Shown: positions 9,376 to 22,449, counted from the first letter of the stretch. The stretch: 64,000 nt of DNA from an uncultured Phycisphaerales bacterium (GCA_963755915.1 CAVWLP010000002.1:704001-768000), one strand, 5' to 3'. Translations and numbers: made by a program. The notes: a model not told the origin generated them from the sequence alone.

Positions 9376-10458
9376 TCATTGGTTGGAAGTCAGTTGGTAG
9401 CCATCCGATTCGTGGACCTGGTCGATCAGCATGGCGGTGTAATCGGGATTGGCGGCGGCGAATTTGACGATGTGGCGATCGTGGTCGATGACTTTCATGC
9501 GATAGGGACGGGAGTATTGGCCGGCGATCAACACGCCGCCGACGAGAGAGCCGAACAATGTGATGAGGATGAAGATCATCCATCGGCCGATGTTATCGAT
9601 CCCATGGGGGAGAGAGGCGAGGAAGCCACCGATGGCGGCGAAGACGATGGCAACCATGAAGATGGTCACCCACCACTTCAGATGAAGATGCATTTTGCAT
9701 CGGCGGCAAAGGGGTACGGCGAGATCGCTGTGGTCGTTGAATTTGAGAGGCGGGGAGTATTTTGTCGTTGCCGGCTGGAGACAGACGCAGCAGACGTCCG
9801 GGAACTGGACCTGGGCGGGTCGGAAAGTAGCCCACGGCGCGGGGCCGGCCTGTGGGGGCAGGCTGCTTGGGAAGACCGTATGCTGCTTCTCGCCTGTCTG
9901 GGGATCAGTTGTTTCCATGAGTGCCGGCGGTGTGCCGGGCGGGAGGTTCGGCAGGGAGGGAAACGTCGCGTTGGGGTTGATTCTCTCGCGAAGCATTCGG
10001 CGAACGAACCAGACGATGACGGCCGCGAGGAGAAAGAGGGAAAAGATTGCGATCTGGGTGGGGATCGCGCGGTCGAATCTGAATCCGGGGGAGTTATAGA
10101 GCTCGGCGGTGATGACCGGCGTTGCGATTACGCCGGCCACGATAAGCAGGGCGATCAGCATCCACCCGCCGCGATATTGCCTGCGGCGGTACATTTCGAT
10201 CAGGTCCTGGTTCACCCAATGACATTTCGGACAGGGCACCATTTCCGCCTCGCGGGCGAGGCGTTTGTCGAGGTTTCGGCGGGCGGATTTTTCGGCTCTT
10301 TTGCGTGCCCAGCCTTGCGCGAGAAAAAACGGCGACGAAGCCTTGCCGACGCCGACGCGGGTGAGTTCGTAGAAAAAGGAGCTGGCGCATTTCTCGCAGG
10401 CGACAGGCTTGAGTCGCTTGCCGGTGACGTTGACCGCGATTTCCTTGCCGACGTACAC
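9376..10458 (-). CDS. Hypothetical membrane protein with four CxxC motifs
   Basis: CEKC and CPKC followed by two hydrophobic helices; CCVC and CRRC followed by two more. Confidence 0.7.
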   Translation of the reverse strand: MYVGKEIAVNVTGKRLKPVACEKCASSFFYELTRVGVGKASSPFFLAQGWARKRAEKSARRNLDKRLAREAEMVPCPKCHWVNQDLIEMYRRRQYRGGWMLIALLIVAGVIATPVITAELYNSPGFRFDRAIPTQIAIFSLFLLAAVIVWFVRRMLRERINPNATFPSLPNLPPGTPPALMETTDPQTGEKQHTVFPSSLPPQAGPAPWATFRPAQVQFPDVCCVCLQPATTKYSPPLKFNDHSDLAVPLCRRCKMHLHLKWWVTIFMVAIVFAAIGGFLASLPHGIDNIGRWMIFILITLFGSLVGGVLIAGQYSRPYRMKVIDHDRHIVKFAAANPDYTAMLIDQVHESDGYQLTSNQ

Positions 10459-10553
10459 GTGAATGGCCGATCATTTGGGTGCGGTAGGAATATAATCGAC
10501 CGGACGGCGGGGGGTAATTCAGTTGGGGGGGAAAGGGGGATATAATCCGAGGA

Positions 10554-10943
10554 ATGATGAGCGGTGAGGAATATCTTCGGCGGATGCGCGATCCGAAGTG
10601 GTATGGGGAGCAGGATGAGAACGGGGTGGATTTGTCGCTGATTCGGGAGAATTTGAAATTGACGCCGGAGGAGCGGCTGCGGCAGGGAGATGACGCGCGC
10701 GAGTCGGCGCTGGAGTTGCTGGAAATCGGGCGGCGAAATCGTACGGCGCGGCCGACGGTGCGAGTATTTGAATCCGAAAATGCGATCGCGGCGGACGAGG
10801 AGATCGACTTGAGTGAAGCCGATTGGAAAGCGATTCGCGAGAATCTCAGGCTTACTCCCGAAAAGCGAATATTAAAGGCAGACTTGGCGAGGGAAGCGGC
10901 AGTGGCGAAATCGGATACGAACAGGGAAATTGAAAATGGCTGA
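10554..10943 (+). CDS. Small hypothetical protein with a duplicated IRENLxLTPExR motif; putative partner/antitoxin
   Basis: RBS gagga before the ATG; overlaps the downstream nucleotidyltransferase gene. Confidence 0.65.
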   Translation: MMSGEEYLRRMRDPKWYGEQDENGVDLSLIRENLKLTPEERLRQGDDARESALELLEIGRRNRTARPTVRVFESENAIAADEEIDLSEADWKAIRENLRLTPEKRILKADLAREAAVAKSDTNREIENG

Positions 10944-11429
10944 GCGCGGTCTACTTGCCATCGCAGAACTGCTGATGCGTTACGGCGTTGAATTTATTGT
11001 CATTGGCGGGCAGGCAGAAATACTTATGGGTAGTTCGCGGATGACGTTTGACATCGATCTTTGCTATCGGCGAACTCCCGAAAATCTAAATCGACTCGCG
11101 GAAGCTCTAAAGGAACTCAAGCCGGGACTTCGGGGAGCGCCTGCGGGTTTGCCGGTCGTGATCGACGCAAGGGCACTGGCTTTGGGCAACAACTACACTT
11201 TCAACACGCGGCTGGGTCCTATCGATTTGCTGGGCTGGGTCGAGCCGCTGGGTGATTACGAGGCTCTAATGAAAAATGCCGAGATCTTCAATACAGGCAA
11301 ATTCGATCTGAAGGCGATCAGCCTCGACGATTTAATCCGCGTCAAAGAGCACGTCGGACGACAGAAAGATCGCGACTCGCTTGTACAATTGCATGCCATC
11401 CGCAAGGAACGGCACAAAGGCCGCGGCGC

Positions 11430-11442
<13 letters not shown>
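10936..11442 (+). CDS. Pol-beta-superfamily nucleotidyltransferase (putative toxin)
   Basis: VIGGQA...G..RMTFDIDL motif, PIDLL, and a C-terminal K...GRQKD. Confidence 0.75.
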
Positions 11443-13237
<1,795 letters not shown>

Positions 13238-13573
13238 GGGAGGAATCTCCTCGAAATAGAATGGGCTAAATTATTCGGACGGAAGCGGGAGTCAAACGGG
13301 AAGGATCAGGCGCGGCCTGGGCAGGACGCGCCTAGCGGTTTATTTCGGCGTGGCTTTCAGGAGTGGCGTGCATTGCGCTCATGAGTATATCTGGATCGGG
13401 ATTTTTGGGAAGGGGGATGAATTTATTGGCTGGTGAGGCGTTTGAAAAAACCAAACACCTGCCGACTAAAGTCGGAAGGCCGGGTGAAAAATGCGGTGCT
13501 TTGCGGGGCCGTTGGGGCCGTTAAGGTGAAGAGCTCTGTTAACGGTTGCGAAATGGAATTGCGCCTGGGCGAA

Positions 13574-14516
13574 TCAGCGGTTTGCCGGGTTCGATTGGCG
13601 AATCGGACTCTCGGTAGCCCACCTCTGGCCCCCATTCATTCGCGACATGTGATTGTTCCCGGGGGTTTCTGTGGGTGAGCCGTCTTGCTCGGGAGCGCCG
13701 GCGCTGGGCTGAATTCCGCGGACGGTGGATTCGATGAATGCGAGGACTTCGCGAACCGCGGGGACCGAATCGTCCCAGAGCTGGGCGCGAAGCTGTCTCG
13801 CCGCCTGGACGGCGCTGGGGGCGGCGTGAATGCGGCGGAAGAGGGCGCGAAGGGCGCGGATGTGGGCGGGGTCGAGGCCGGCCCTGCGGCAGCCGACGGC
13901 GTTGTAGCCTTTGTGGCGGTCGCGAAAGACGGCGCCGTAGGGCAAGACGTCTTTGGCCATTGCTTCGCCACCGGCGATGATGGCGAGGCGGCCGACGCGA
14001 ACAAACTGGTGGACGACTGTTCCGCCGCCGACGAAGGCGCGATCGCCGACGCTGACGTGGCCTCCCAACTGAACGGCGTTGGCGAGGGTGGCGTATTCAC
14101 CGACCTGGCCGTCGTGGCCGACGTGGGAGCCGATCATCAGCATTGCGCCGCGCCATGCGCGTTGCGTGTTCCATTCCCATCGTCATGGCGCGGTTTACCG
14201 TGGCGAATTCGCGGATGACAACGTCGTCCTCGATGACGACGAAGGTTTCGCGGCCGTCATATCCGCGGTGCTGGGGTGGGCCGCCGATTACGGCATTTGG
14301 GCCGATCGTGCAGCGCGATCCGATGACGGTATTGCCGCTAATCGTGGAGTTGGCGAGGATTTTTGTGCCGGGGCCAATCCTGACCGACCCTTCGATGGTG
14401 CAGAACGGGCCGATGGAGGCGCCTTCGCCGAGCGAGAGGTCTCCCTGGACAAAAGCGGTGGGATGGATCGAGCCCGGTGGATTTGAGTTCAGCTCGAGGT
14501 TGACGAAATTCCGCAT
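13574..14516 (-). CDS. lpxA: Acyl-ACP--UDP-GlcNAc O-acyltransferase (LpxA-like), one frameshift near 14150
   Basis: Hexapeptide repeats, IHPTAFV, IGGPPQH, IREFATVNR, SHVGHD, LGGHV, VHQFVRVG; RBS GGAGG upstream of 14516. Confidence 0.8.
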
Positions 14517-14791
14517 ACAAGATCCTCCCTTTTTCTTCCATCGCCAAGCGATACAACTCAAAAGCGCGGCGAAGACATTATTTCAAAAAAGGTTGAGGAA
14601 TGAACTGAATTTTCTGTGAGCGGGTCCATTCACAGGCTCGCCAGCGAAAAGCGGCTGAACCACGAAATTTTAAGCGTTGATGCGAGACGGGGGGAAGACG
14701 AGATGGTCTAAGGTTTTTCGGAAGGCCGGCAGCCGACTTTAGTCATTTTCGCCGCTACTGGCAGGCTGGCGGGGGAAAGCGAAACGGGGTT

Positions 14792-15912
14792 TCACGGGGT
14801 CTGGCCGATCTTCCAACGCGGCTTGGCGAACCAATCGCGCATGACCTGCTCGGCGGGCTTGCCCTGGGGGGTGTAGCCCTTGCCGTCGCCATCGTCGCCG
14901 GGATGCATTTCCCAGAGGACGAATCCGGCTAACTGCGGCTTGTTCCACCAGCTTTCGAAGAAGCCTTCATAAAGCTTTTTTTGCAAATCGTTGTCGGCGG
15001 GGAGCTGGTCCTGGGTGTAGTCCCAGGGATCCTTGGCGGCGTTCTGGAGGCTGCACCAGCCGGCTTCCAGGAGGATGACGGGCTTGTGAACCTTTTCCAG
15101 GAAGGAGAACATTTTGTCCTGGATGTGCTTCCATACATCGTTGATCTCTTCGACGCTGACGTTGTGATTTGAGCCGAGGGTCCAGTAGCTGTTCATGCCG
15201 ACGAAGTCGAGATATTTCCAGAAGGGGACCTGCTCGTAGCGGTCCCAGTTGGAAGAGTAGGTGAGCTGGCCGCTGTACATGGAACGGACGTCGCGGATGG
15301 TGGTGACCCATTCATCGGGGGCATTTTTTTCGGAGCTGACGAGTTCGGAGCCTACGACGAGGACATCGACGCCGGTGCTTTGGGCGATGCGGGCGTAGTG
15401 CTCGATCATCTCGCGGTAGTTGTCGAACCAGTCGTGCCAGTCGGGGGTTTGAGGGTGCCGCGCCATTCGTCGCCGCTCTGGGGGATTATCGAGCAGGACC
15501 ATGGGCATAAGGATGACGCGCAGGCCCTTGCTCTTGGCGTGGGCGATGATGTCGGTGAGCTGGGGGACGGTCATCGTTTTTCGCATGTCGACGTACATGC
15601 AGGTGCTCTCGGCATTTTCCTGGCGGGCGTCGACGACGAGGGAGACGGTGTCGGCGCCGTCGGCGGCGATCTGGTCGATGGTTTTCTTATATTCCTCCAC
15701 CCAATCGACGCGCTGGAGGCGGATGGCTACGCCGCAGAATGGATGCTGATCGGGGATGTGAACGAGGTTGGCGACTCGGTTTCGGCGCCGGAGGCGAGGT
15801 CGTCGGACCCCGTGGTGGGGCCGGTGGAGGACGATTCCTGGACGGACATGACGCAGCCCATCACGGCGGCGTATAAAAGCAGGGCAACAACGATGATTTT
15901 GCGTCCAAACAT
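14792..15912 (-). CDS. Glycoside hydrolase family 113-like TIM-barrel protein (frameshifted)
   Basis: N-terminal hydrophobic anchor, GLRVILMP, VVGSEL, LTYSSNWD, LDFVGMNSY, VILLEAG; indels near 15740 and 15460-15480. Confidence 0.7.
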
Positions 15913-16029
15913 GGCGGCAAAACAATACAGGAGGTTTGGTGGAGTTGCCAATTTCCTGCCGATAATAAGAATTCGATGCCTGTATTACTTGAATCCAACG
16001 TTTCCGACACTGCCAGGAGCTCGCCAAGG

Positions 16030-17446
16030 GTGATAAGTAAGAAGACCGTCCTGAAACTCGGGAAGTTCCTGGTACGGTGGGGAATCGCTGTTATCGGAAT
16101 ATGGTGGGTCATCAGCAAGATGTCGTGGCATGACCACGTGTGGGCGGTTTTGCCGGGCAACACGATGCCGACGAAAGACGTTCGGGTTGCCAACGAGTAT
16201 GCCACGGACGCATCGAACTATTTCGACGTGATCGATCCACGGACGGGGAAACAGATAACGATTACGAGGGGTGATGTCGTCAATGAGCCGGACCGGGCGA
16301 ACTATCGTATCTTTGGCGAGGGGCAGGTGAGCTATATCGTGGGGGTGGATCTTTCGCCGGACCTGAAGACGGTGCGGCGGCTGCTGCTGGCGCACCAACC
16401 CGGATGGTCCGGCGGCGATGTGGGAGCCGGCTTCGGATTATCCGAACTATGAAATTACGGTGCCACATCCGCGCGTGCAGATGGGCGTATTGCGGATGGT
16501 GAAGGAGGCGGATGTCTATTACATCCTGGCGGCGCTGGCGATTTTTCCGCTGACGGTGATCATCACGAGCCTTCGCTGGCACGAGCTGCTGAAGGCGCTG
16601 GATATCCGGCTAACGATTGCGCGGACGTTTGTGCTGAACATGGTGGCGATGTTTTATAACACCATCGTGCCGGCGGGATCGACGGGGGGAGATTTTTTGA
16701 AGGCGTATTACGTGGCCCGGCAGACGCACCACCGCACGCGGGCGGTGATGTCGGTGGTAGTAGACCGTGCGATCGGGCTGGTGGCGCTGATTATTCTGGG
16801 GGGGACGATGGCGGCGCTGCAGAGCCATATCCCGCGCTGTCGGCAGGTGGCGATCGCGTCGGCGGGGATCATCGCTGTGATCGTCGTCTCGATGGTGGTC
16901 TTTTATGTGCCGATGCTGCGGCGGCTGACCGGTTTGGAATTTCTGATCAAGCGGCTTCCGTGGCAGAAGCAGGTGAGCAACGCGATCGAAACGATGCACA
17001 TTTACGGGCAGCGGCCGTTTCTGGCGCTGGGGGCATTGCTGGTGAGTTTCCCGGTTCACATGGTGGTGATCACCTCTGCACAGCTCTGCGGGATCGCGTT
17101 TGGGTTGCACATCGCTTCGTTTTACTACTGGATGGCGGTGCCGGTGATCGTGCTGGCGGGGGCAATCCCGATCAGCCCACAGGGGGCGGGGGTTATGGAA
17201 TATTTCGCGATCAAGCTGCTGGAACCGCAGGGGGCAACCGTGGGGCAGGCGTTTGCGCTGACGATGTCGATTCGGCTCGTGCAGATTTTCTGGAACCTGG
17301 TGGGAGTGATTTTTGTCGTCCGCGGCGGATTCCATGTGCCGAGCCAGAGCGAGCAGAAGCAGGCGGAGGAAGAGGACGAGGACCAGAAACCAGAATTCCG
17401 AAACCCGAATGCCGAATCAATGTCCGAAACCAGAATGACGGAATGA
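16030..17446 (+). CDS. Lysylphosphatidylglycerol-synthase TM / flippase-like membrane protein with an inserted soluble domain (frameshift near 16400)
   Basis: LRWHELL, YNTIVPAGSTGGDFLKAYY, SVVVDRAIGL, IPISPQGAGVME. Confidence 0.75.
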
Positions 17447-17511
17447 ATCCGAATTCGGGTTTCGTCATTTGGGCTTGATTCGACATTCTGGTTTCGGGTT
17501 TCTGGTTTTCC
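17383..17511. repeat. Heptamer palindromic element, copy 3 (encodes the C-terminus of the upstream gene)
   Basis: ccagaaaccagaattccgaaacccgaatgccgaatcaatgtccgaaaccagaatgac ... gtcatttgggcttgattcgacattctggtttcgggtttctgg. Confidence 0.85.
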
Positions 17512-17515
17512 CCGA

Positions 17516-18325
17516 ATGCTTCGCAAAATCGATCGCATTATCCTGCGCGTGCCTGCATTGGCGGGGGCGGTTCACTATTACCGGGATGTTCTGGGGATGA
17601 AGCTGCTGCGGGAAGATAAGCAGAGCGCGGGATTTGTGATGGGGGATGGGGCGACGGAGCTGGTGCTGCGCAGCGATGCGGATCAGCCGGCGGAGGAGAT
17701 TTACTATCTGGTTGATGATGTGCGGGATTTGTATGCGCGGCGGGAGCAGTTGAAGCTCAAATTCGTGCAGCCGCCGAGGCAGGCGACGCGCGGGTATCGG
17801 GCGGCGGTGAAGGATCCGTTCGGAAATGTTCTGCTGCTGCTGGATCGGACGACGGCGTCGGCGGGGGCGGCATCGGTGGAAGACGGAGCGGCGCCGACGG
17901 CGCTTTTTGCGGGAGTTGAGGCGGCGGTGCCGGCGAAGCGGGAAATTCTCATGCAGATCTACGAGCAGATTGGGCGTACGGCGGATGATTTGCCATATAC
18001 GCCGGAATTCGAGCGATTGTTCGAGGCGTATGCGGCGCAACATTCCGAGCCGAAGCCGACTCGGCGCGAAGTCTGGCGGCACCTGCTGAACCTGCGGAAA
18101 GGGGGCAAGCTGCCGAAACTGGGGGAGGCGCGAAGCCCTTCACCGGAGGTGGGTGCAGAAGGAGAGCAGAAAATTCGCGAGCTTCTGGGGAAACAGATCG
18201 GGCGGCGGGATCGGCTGCCGTATACGGAGGAGTTTGAGAAGTTGGTGGATGAATTCAATAAGTCGCAGCCGCGAAGGCTTTCGCCGCATTTGATCTGGCG
18301 GGTGGTGGCGAAGCTGGCGAAATGA
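17516..18325 (+). CDS. VOC/glyoxalase domain fused to two repeats of an unknown helical domain
   Basis: IDRIILRV...YYRDVLGM...VKDPFGNVLLL, then ADDLPYTPEFERL and RDRLPYTEEFEKL repeats. Confidence 0.75.
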   Translation: MLRKIDRIILRVPALAGAVHYYRDVLGMKLLREDKQSAGFVMGDGATELVLRSDADQPAEEIYYLVDDVRDLYARREQLKLKFVQPPRQATRGYRAAVKDPFGNVLLLLDRTTASAGAASVEDGAAPTALFAGVEAAVPAKREILMQIYEQIGRTADDLPYTPEFERLFEAYAAQHSEPKPTRREVWRHLLNLRKGGKLPKLGEARSPSPEVGAEGEQKIRELLGKQIGRRDRLPYTEEFEKLVDEFNKSQPRRLSPHLIWRVVAKLAK

Positions 18326-18395
18326 ATTTGTGAGCAATCGCCGCGATGGGAAGATATTGGCCGCGTGTCTGGTTCGGGCCCGCGCGGCATCGCCG

Positions 18396-19524
18396 CTAAT
18401 TCTTTTCCGCTGATTTTTTCTTTTTTCGTCGCAACTCGGCATCGATGAATCGATCGAGTTCGCCGCGGTCGAGGACGCTTTCGACGTTGGTGGTTTCGAC
18501 GTTGGTGCGGTGGTCTTTGACGCGGCGGTCGTCGAGAACGTAGCTGCGGATTTGGTTGCCCCAGGCGATGGAGCCTTTTTCGCCGTAGAGGGCCTTTAGC
18601 TCGTCGTCGCGCTTGGCCTGCTCGATTTGTTCAAGCCGGCCCTTGAGTAGTGCGATGGCGAGGCGTTTGTTCTGCTGCTGGCTGCGCTCGACCGAGCAGG
18701 TGACCTGGATTCCTGTGGGCTTGTGCGTGATTCGTACGGCGGAGGCGACCTTGTTGACGTTTTGGCCGCCGGGGCCGGAGGCGCGGACGAAGGCGACGAT
18801 CTCCATGTCCGGCTCGGGGATTTCGATATCGGAATCGTCTTCCTCAAAATCGGGAACGACATCGACGGACGCGAAGCTGGTTTGGCGCTTGTTCTGGGCG
18901 TTGAAGGGGCTGGGGCGAACGAGGCGGTGGACGCCCGACTCGGCGCGCATGTAGCCGTAGGCGTATTCGCCTTTTACCAGGAGAGTGACGTTTTTGATGC
19001 CGGCCTGCTCGCCCCAGGTGCGGTCGACCTCGGAGACATCCCAGCCGCGGCGTTCGAAATAGTAGAGGTACATGCGGAGGAGCATCTCGGCCCAGTCCTG
19101 GGCTTCGGTGCCACCGGCGCCGGCGTGAATCTGGACGAAACAGTTTCGCGAATCGTTCTTGCCGTCGAGCAGGGATTGAAGCTCGACTTTTTCGGCCTTG
19201 GTCTCCAGGTCGGTGAGCATGCGGTCGGCCTCGTCCATCGACTCGGCATCGCCGGCCTCCTCGGCGAGCTCGTACATCGCCTTGACGTCATCAATGCCGC
19301 GCAGCATGGCCTCCAGGGGATCGATGAGGGCCTTGAGGGCCTTCACCTCGGCGACAACGCCTTTGGCGGAATCCTGGTTGTTCCAGAATCCTTCTTCGCC
19401 CATCTTGGTTTCTAATTCTTTTCTGCGAACGAGTTTTGCGGGCAAGTCAAAGAGAGTCCCGAATGGCAAGCATTCGGGATGAGAGGATTTCGATCGATTG
19501 GGAGAGGTTGTCGTGTATCATCAT
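18396..19524 (-). CDS. prfB: Peptide chain release factor 2 with programmed +1 frameshift
   Basis: GGTEAQDW, SPF and GGQ motifs; the first 25 codons MMIHDNLSQSIEILSSRMLAIRDSL end in CTT-TGA-C (19452-19446). Confidence 0.96.
19446..19461 (-). promoter_or_regulatory. prfB autoregulatory frameshift site
   Basis: CGGGAC TCT CTT TGA C: weak SD-like purines followed by the canonical CUU-UGA-C. Confidence 0.9.
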
Positions 19525-19561
19525 CGCAATCATAGGGTCGCGGCGGGGAAATTCAAAGCGG

Positions 19562-19642
19562 CTCACCGCGGAGACCGCAGAGAGCGCCGAGGAAAAACAA
19601 ATCTTTTCTATTTCTCAGCGCTCTGCTGCTCTCGGCGGTGAG
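19562..19642. repeat. ACCGCAGAG-type imperfect palindrome
   Basis: ctcaccgcggagaccgcagagagcgccgag ... ctcagcgctctgctgctctcggcggtgag; a degenerate right-arm copy lies at about 49660-49693. Confidence 0.65.
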
Positions 19643-19651
19643 AGTGTAGTT

Positions 19652-20218
19652 TTAATCTTCTACGGAATCCTGAAGCACCGGAATGCTCACCCCGCGCGGG
19701 GTGGGCGGGGCCTGGTGCATTACGATCATGGGAACGTCGCGCAGGGTGCGGACCATGGCGATTTCGTCGCAGTTGGCGTTTTTGGGGCAGCGGACGCAAT
19801 CGCTCCAGACTTTCAGCGGCAGGCTTTCCTTTTGCACCACTTCGAAGCCCAACTTTTCGAAAAATTCCTTTTCGTAGGTGAGGGTCATCAATTTCCGGAT
19901 CTGAAGGCGGGCGGCTTCTTCGGCGCACCATTCGACGAGCCGGCGGCCGATGCCGCGGCCGCGAAATTCCTCATCGACGGCAAGCGACCGGACCTCGGCG
20001 AGGTCGGCCCAGAGGACGGAGAGGGCGGTGCAGCCAACCACCTGGCCGGGCGTGACGCGGAAATCGCTGTTCTCGGCCTCGATCTCGTAGACGGCGAAAT
20101 CGCGCAGGGATTCGTAAAGCTGGGCAAGACTCTTGAAGAGCATCTTCCCCAGCTCGGCATGGCTGTTGATGATCTCCTGGATTCGGGGGATATCGTGGAT
20201 TGTCGCGGGTCGGATCAT
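19652..20218 (-). CDS. GNAT N-acetyltransferase (short ArgA-like)
   Basis: LAEVRSLAV, RGRGIGRRLV, FFEKLGF, LPLKVWSDCVRCPK..CDEIAM. Confidence 0.85.
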   Translation of the reverse strand: MIRPATIHDIPRIQEIINSHAELGKMLFKSLAQLYESLRDFAVYEIEAENSDFRVTPGQVVGCTALSVLWADLAEVRSLAVDEEFRGRGIGRRLVEWCAEEAARLQIRKLMTLTYEKEFFEKLGFEVVQKESLPLKVWSDCVRCPKNANCDEIAMVRTLRDVPMIVMHQAPPTPRGVSIPVLQDSVED

Positions 20219-20326
20219 GGAGCTATGAGTATAGGATACTTAACTGAAAGAAAGCGCGGTTCCACACGAGTTTGCGCTCCGCTTAGGGGACGCGCGGCTA
20301 AACGATTATAGCATAGATCGGAAAAG

Positions 20327-21117
20327 CTACTGCTGGGCCTCTACGTAGGTCCGGCGGTGCTCTTCGGGGGCGGGGGTGATTTCCATGTCGATGGCGTCGT
20401 CGGCCTGGGAAACGAGGATTTTCTTCTGGCGGATCAGTTCCAATAATGCGAGGAATATGCCGATCATTTCCCCGCGGCTTTTGCGGCCGACGAGGAGGGC
20501 GCGAAGCGAGAGGCGGCCCTCGCGGTTGACGCGGTCGTCGATGTCGGCGGCGTGGAGGTCGATCGGGGTGTCGTCGTCGATGATTTCATGGATGCGGGGG
20601 CCGCGCACGCCGACTTCTCTCATCAGGCGGCTGAAGGCGGTGAGCAGGTCCCATATCTGAACCTCATCGAGATCCAGCGGGGGCGGCTCGTCGGGGGAGC
20701 CGGAAGCCGAGGCGGGCACGCGCGGAAGCGCTGCTCGTGCTCTTTCTGGCGCTGCTCGAGGAGGGCGGCGGAGTCTTTGATCTTTTTATATTCGAGAAGC
20801 TGCTGGACAAGCTCGTAGCGCGGATCGACCAAATCCGCGGCCGCGTCGGTTGCCCCTTCGGCGGGCGGCGGCTTGGGGAGAAGCATGGCGCTTTTGATTT
20901 CCATGAGGGTGGCGGCCATCACCAGGAAATCGCCGGCGACGTTGATGTCCAGCCCGTTTTCGCTGCGCAGGCCCTTGAGCATGCCGACGTAATCCATGTA
21001 GCTGTCGAGGATGCGGGTGATGGGGATGTCGTAAATATCAAGCTCGTCGCGCTTGATGAGGTAGAGGAGCAGGTCGAGGGGGCCGTTATAGACGTCCAGT
21101 TCTACGCGATATTCCAC
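20327..21117 (-). CDS. scpA: Segregation and condensation protein A (frameshift near 20720)
   Basis: YNGPLDLLLYLI, FLVMAATLMEIKS, DPRYELV..LLEYK, FLALLELIRQ. Confidence 0.9.
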
Positions 21118-21138
21118 GCTTCATCCTTGATAGCGACA

Positions 21139-21415
21139 AGAGGCTGACTCGGAATCTAATGAACCTGCGATGGGCCGGAAATGGCCCAGATGCAAGGCGG
21201 AGCGACGAAGCAACCCTGAAGTAGACGGGTTGTTGAGTCGCGACAACGCCGCAGATGGGCCATTTCCGGCCCACCCGGAGGGCGACGCTCTTTTCGGCCG
21301 GCCTCGGCGTCGCTCCTCCTCAACGACCATATTGTCATGGTCGCTTCGTCGTCGCTTCTTGATGCCAGCCGAAAATTGCGTCGTCGCAGGTTCATTAGAT
21401 TCCGAGTCAGCCTCT
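21139..21415. mobile_element. MITE-like non-autonomous element (277 bp)
   Basis: Perfect 32-bp terminal IR AGAGGCTGACTCGGAATCTAATGAACCTGCGA (21139-21170 and 21384-21415); internal IR TGGGCCGGAAATGGCCCA; no transposase; no clear target duplication. Confidence 0.75.
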
Positions 21416-21454
21416 AAATTGATTTTAGTGTGCGTGAGCCGATAATCCAATGCG

Positions 21455-22449
21455 TTGACCCGCGAGAATCCGATTCAATTTGCGCGTCAGGTTCTGGAAG
21501 CCGAGGCCGCCGCCGTGCGGAGCGTGGCTTTGGCGGTTGACGCCTCGTTTGAGCGTGCGGCAGAGTTGATACTCCAGTGCAAGGGGTCGGTGCTGACCAG
21601 CGGGGTGGGGAAGGCCGGGCATGTGGCGAGAAAGCTCTCGGCCACGCTTGCCAGCACGGGCACGCCGAGCCATTTCCTTTCCGCGGCGGATGCCGTGCAT
21701 GGGGACCTCGGGTCCATTCGCGAGGGGGATATCGTCCTGATCCTCTCCGCCAGCGGGGAAAGCGATGAAATCCTGCGGCTTCTGAGCCTGGTGAAAAAGC
21801 TGGGGCATCCGGTGATCGCGATCACCGCCACGACCACCAGCGGGCTGGGAAAATCGGCCGATATCGTTTTGGCGATGGGGAAAATCGAGGAAGCCTGCCC
21901 GCTGGGCCTAGCGCCCAGCGCTTCGACCACCGCCATGATGGCACTGGGGGATGCACTGGCGCTGACGGTGATGAAGCTGCGGAACTTCACCTCGGAAGAC
22001 TTCGCCCTGTTTCATCCGGGCGGAAACCTGGGCGCAAACTCATTCGCGTCGGGGAAGCGATGACGTTTCGCAAAGGGGAAAATTTGGCCCTGGCCCAGGA
22101 TCAGCTCACCGTCGCGCAGGTGCTGCGCGAGGTCAGCACCATCAAGCGGCGCAGTGGGGCGGTGGTTCTCGTCGACGCATCGGGAAAACTCTCGGGGATT
22201 TTTTCGGATGGAGATTTGCGCCGGCTGATCACCGGCAACGATGGATCGGCCCTGAGCAAAAAGATGGCCGATGTCATGACGCGGTCGCCAAAGCGGATTT
22301 CCGAAAATGCTCTGGCCAGCGAGGCGATGGCGCTGATGCGGCCATTCCGCATCGACGAGCTGCCGGTGGTGGATGACCAGGACCGTCCGGTGGGCCTGAT
22401 CGACGTTCAGGACCTTGTGGTGCTGCGCATGCTGGATGTGGGCGAATGA
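21455..22449 (+). CDS. kdsD: KpsF/GutQ arabinose-5-phosphate isomerase (SIS + 2 CBS), frameshift near 22035
   Basis: GVGKAGHVARK..ATLASTGTP, HGDLG, EACPLGLAPSAST, FHPGG, then GIFSDGDLRR in the CBS pair. Confidence 0.88.

Noticed and set aside
13311-13325. GCCTGGGCA resembling the 3' end of a ZTP riboswitch
   Set aside because: The upstream conserved aptamer elements are absent and there is no suitable downstream plus-strand gene.
13578-13640. GGTTCGATT T-loop-like motif suggesting a tRNA/tmRNA fragment
   Set aside because: No matching T-stem, acceptor stem or D-arm; it lies in the C-terminal coding region of the lpxA-like gene.
18396-19469. prfB start at 19469 as given by the ORF track
   Set aside because: The real N-terminus is in another frame from 19524, joined by the CTT-TGA-C frameshift.
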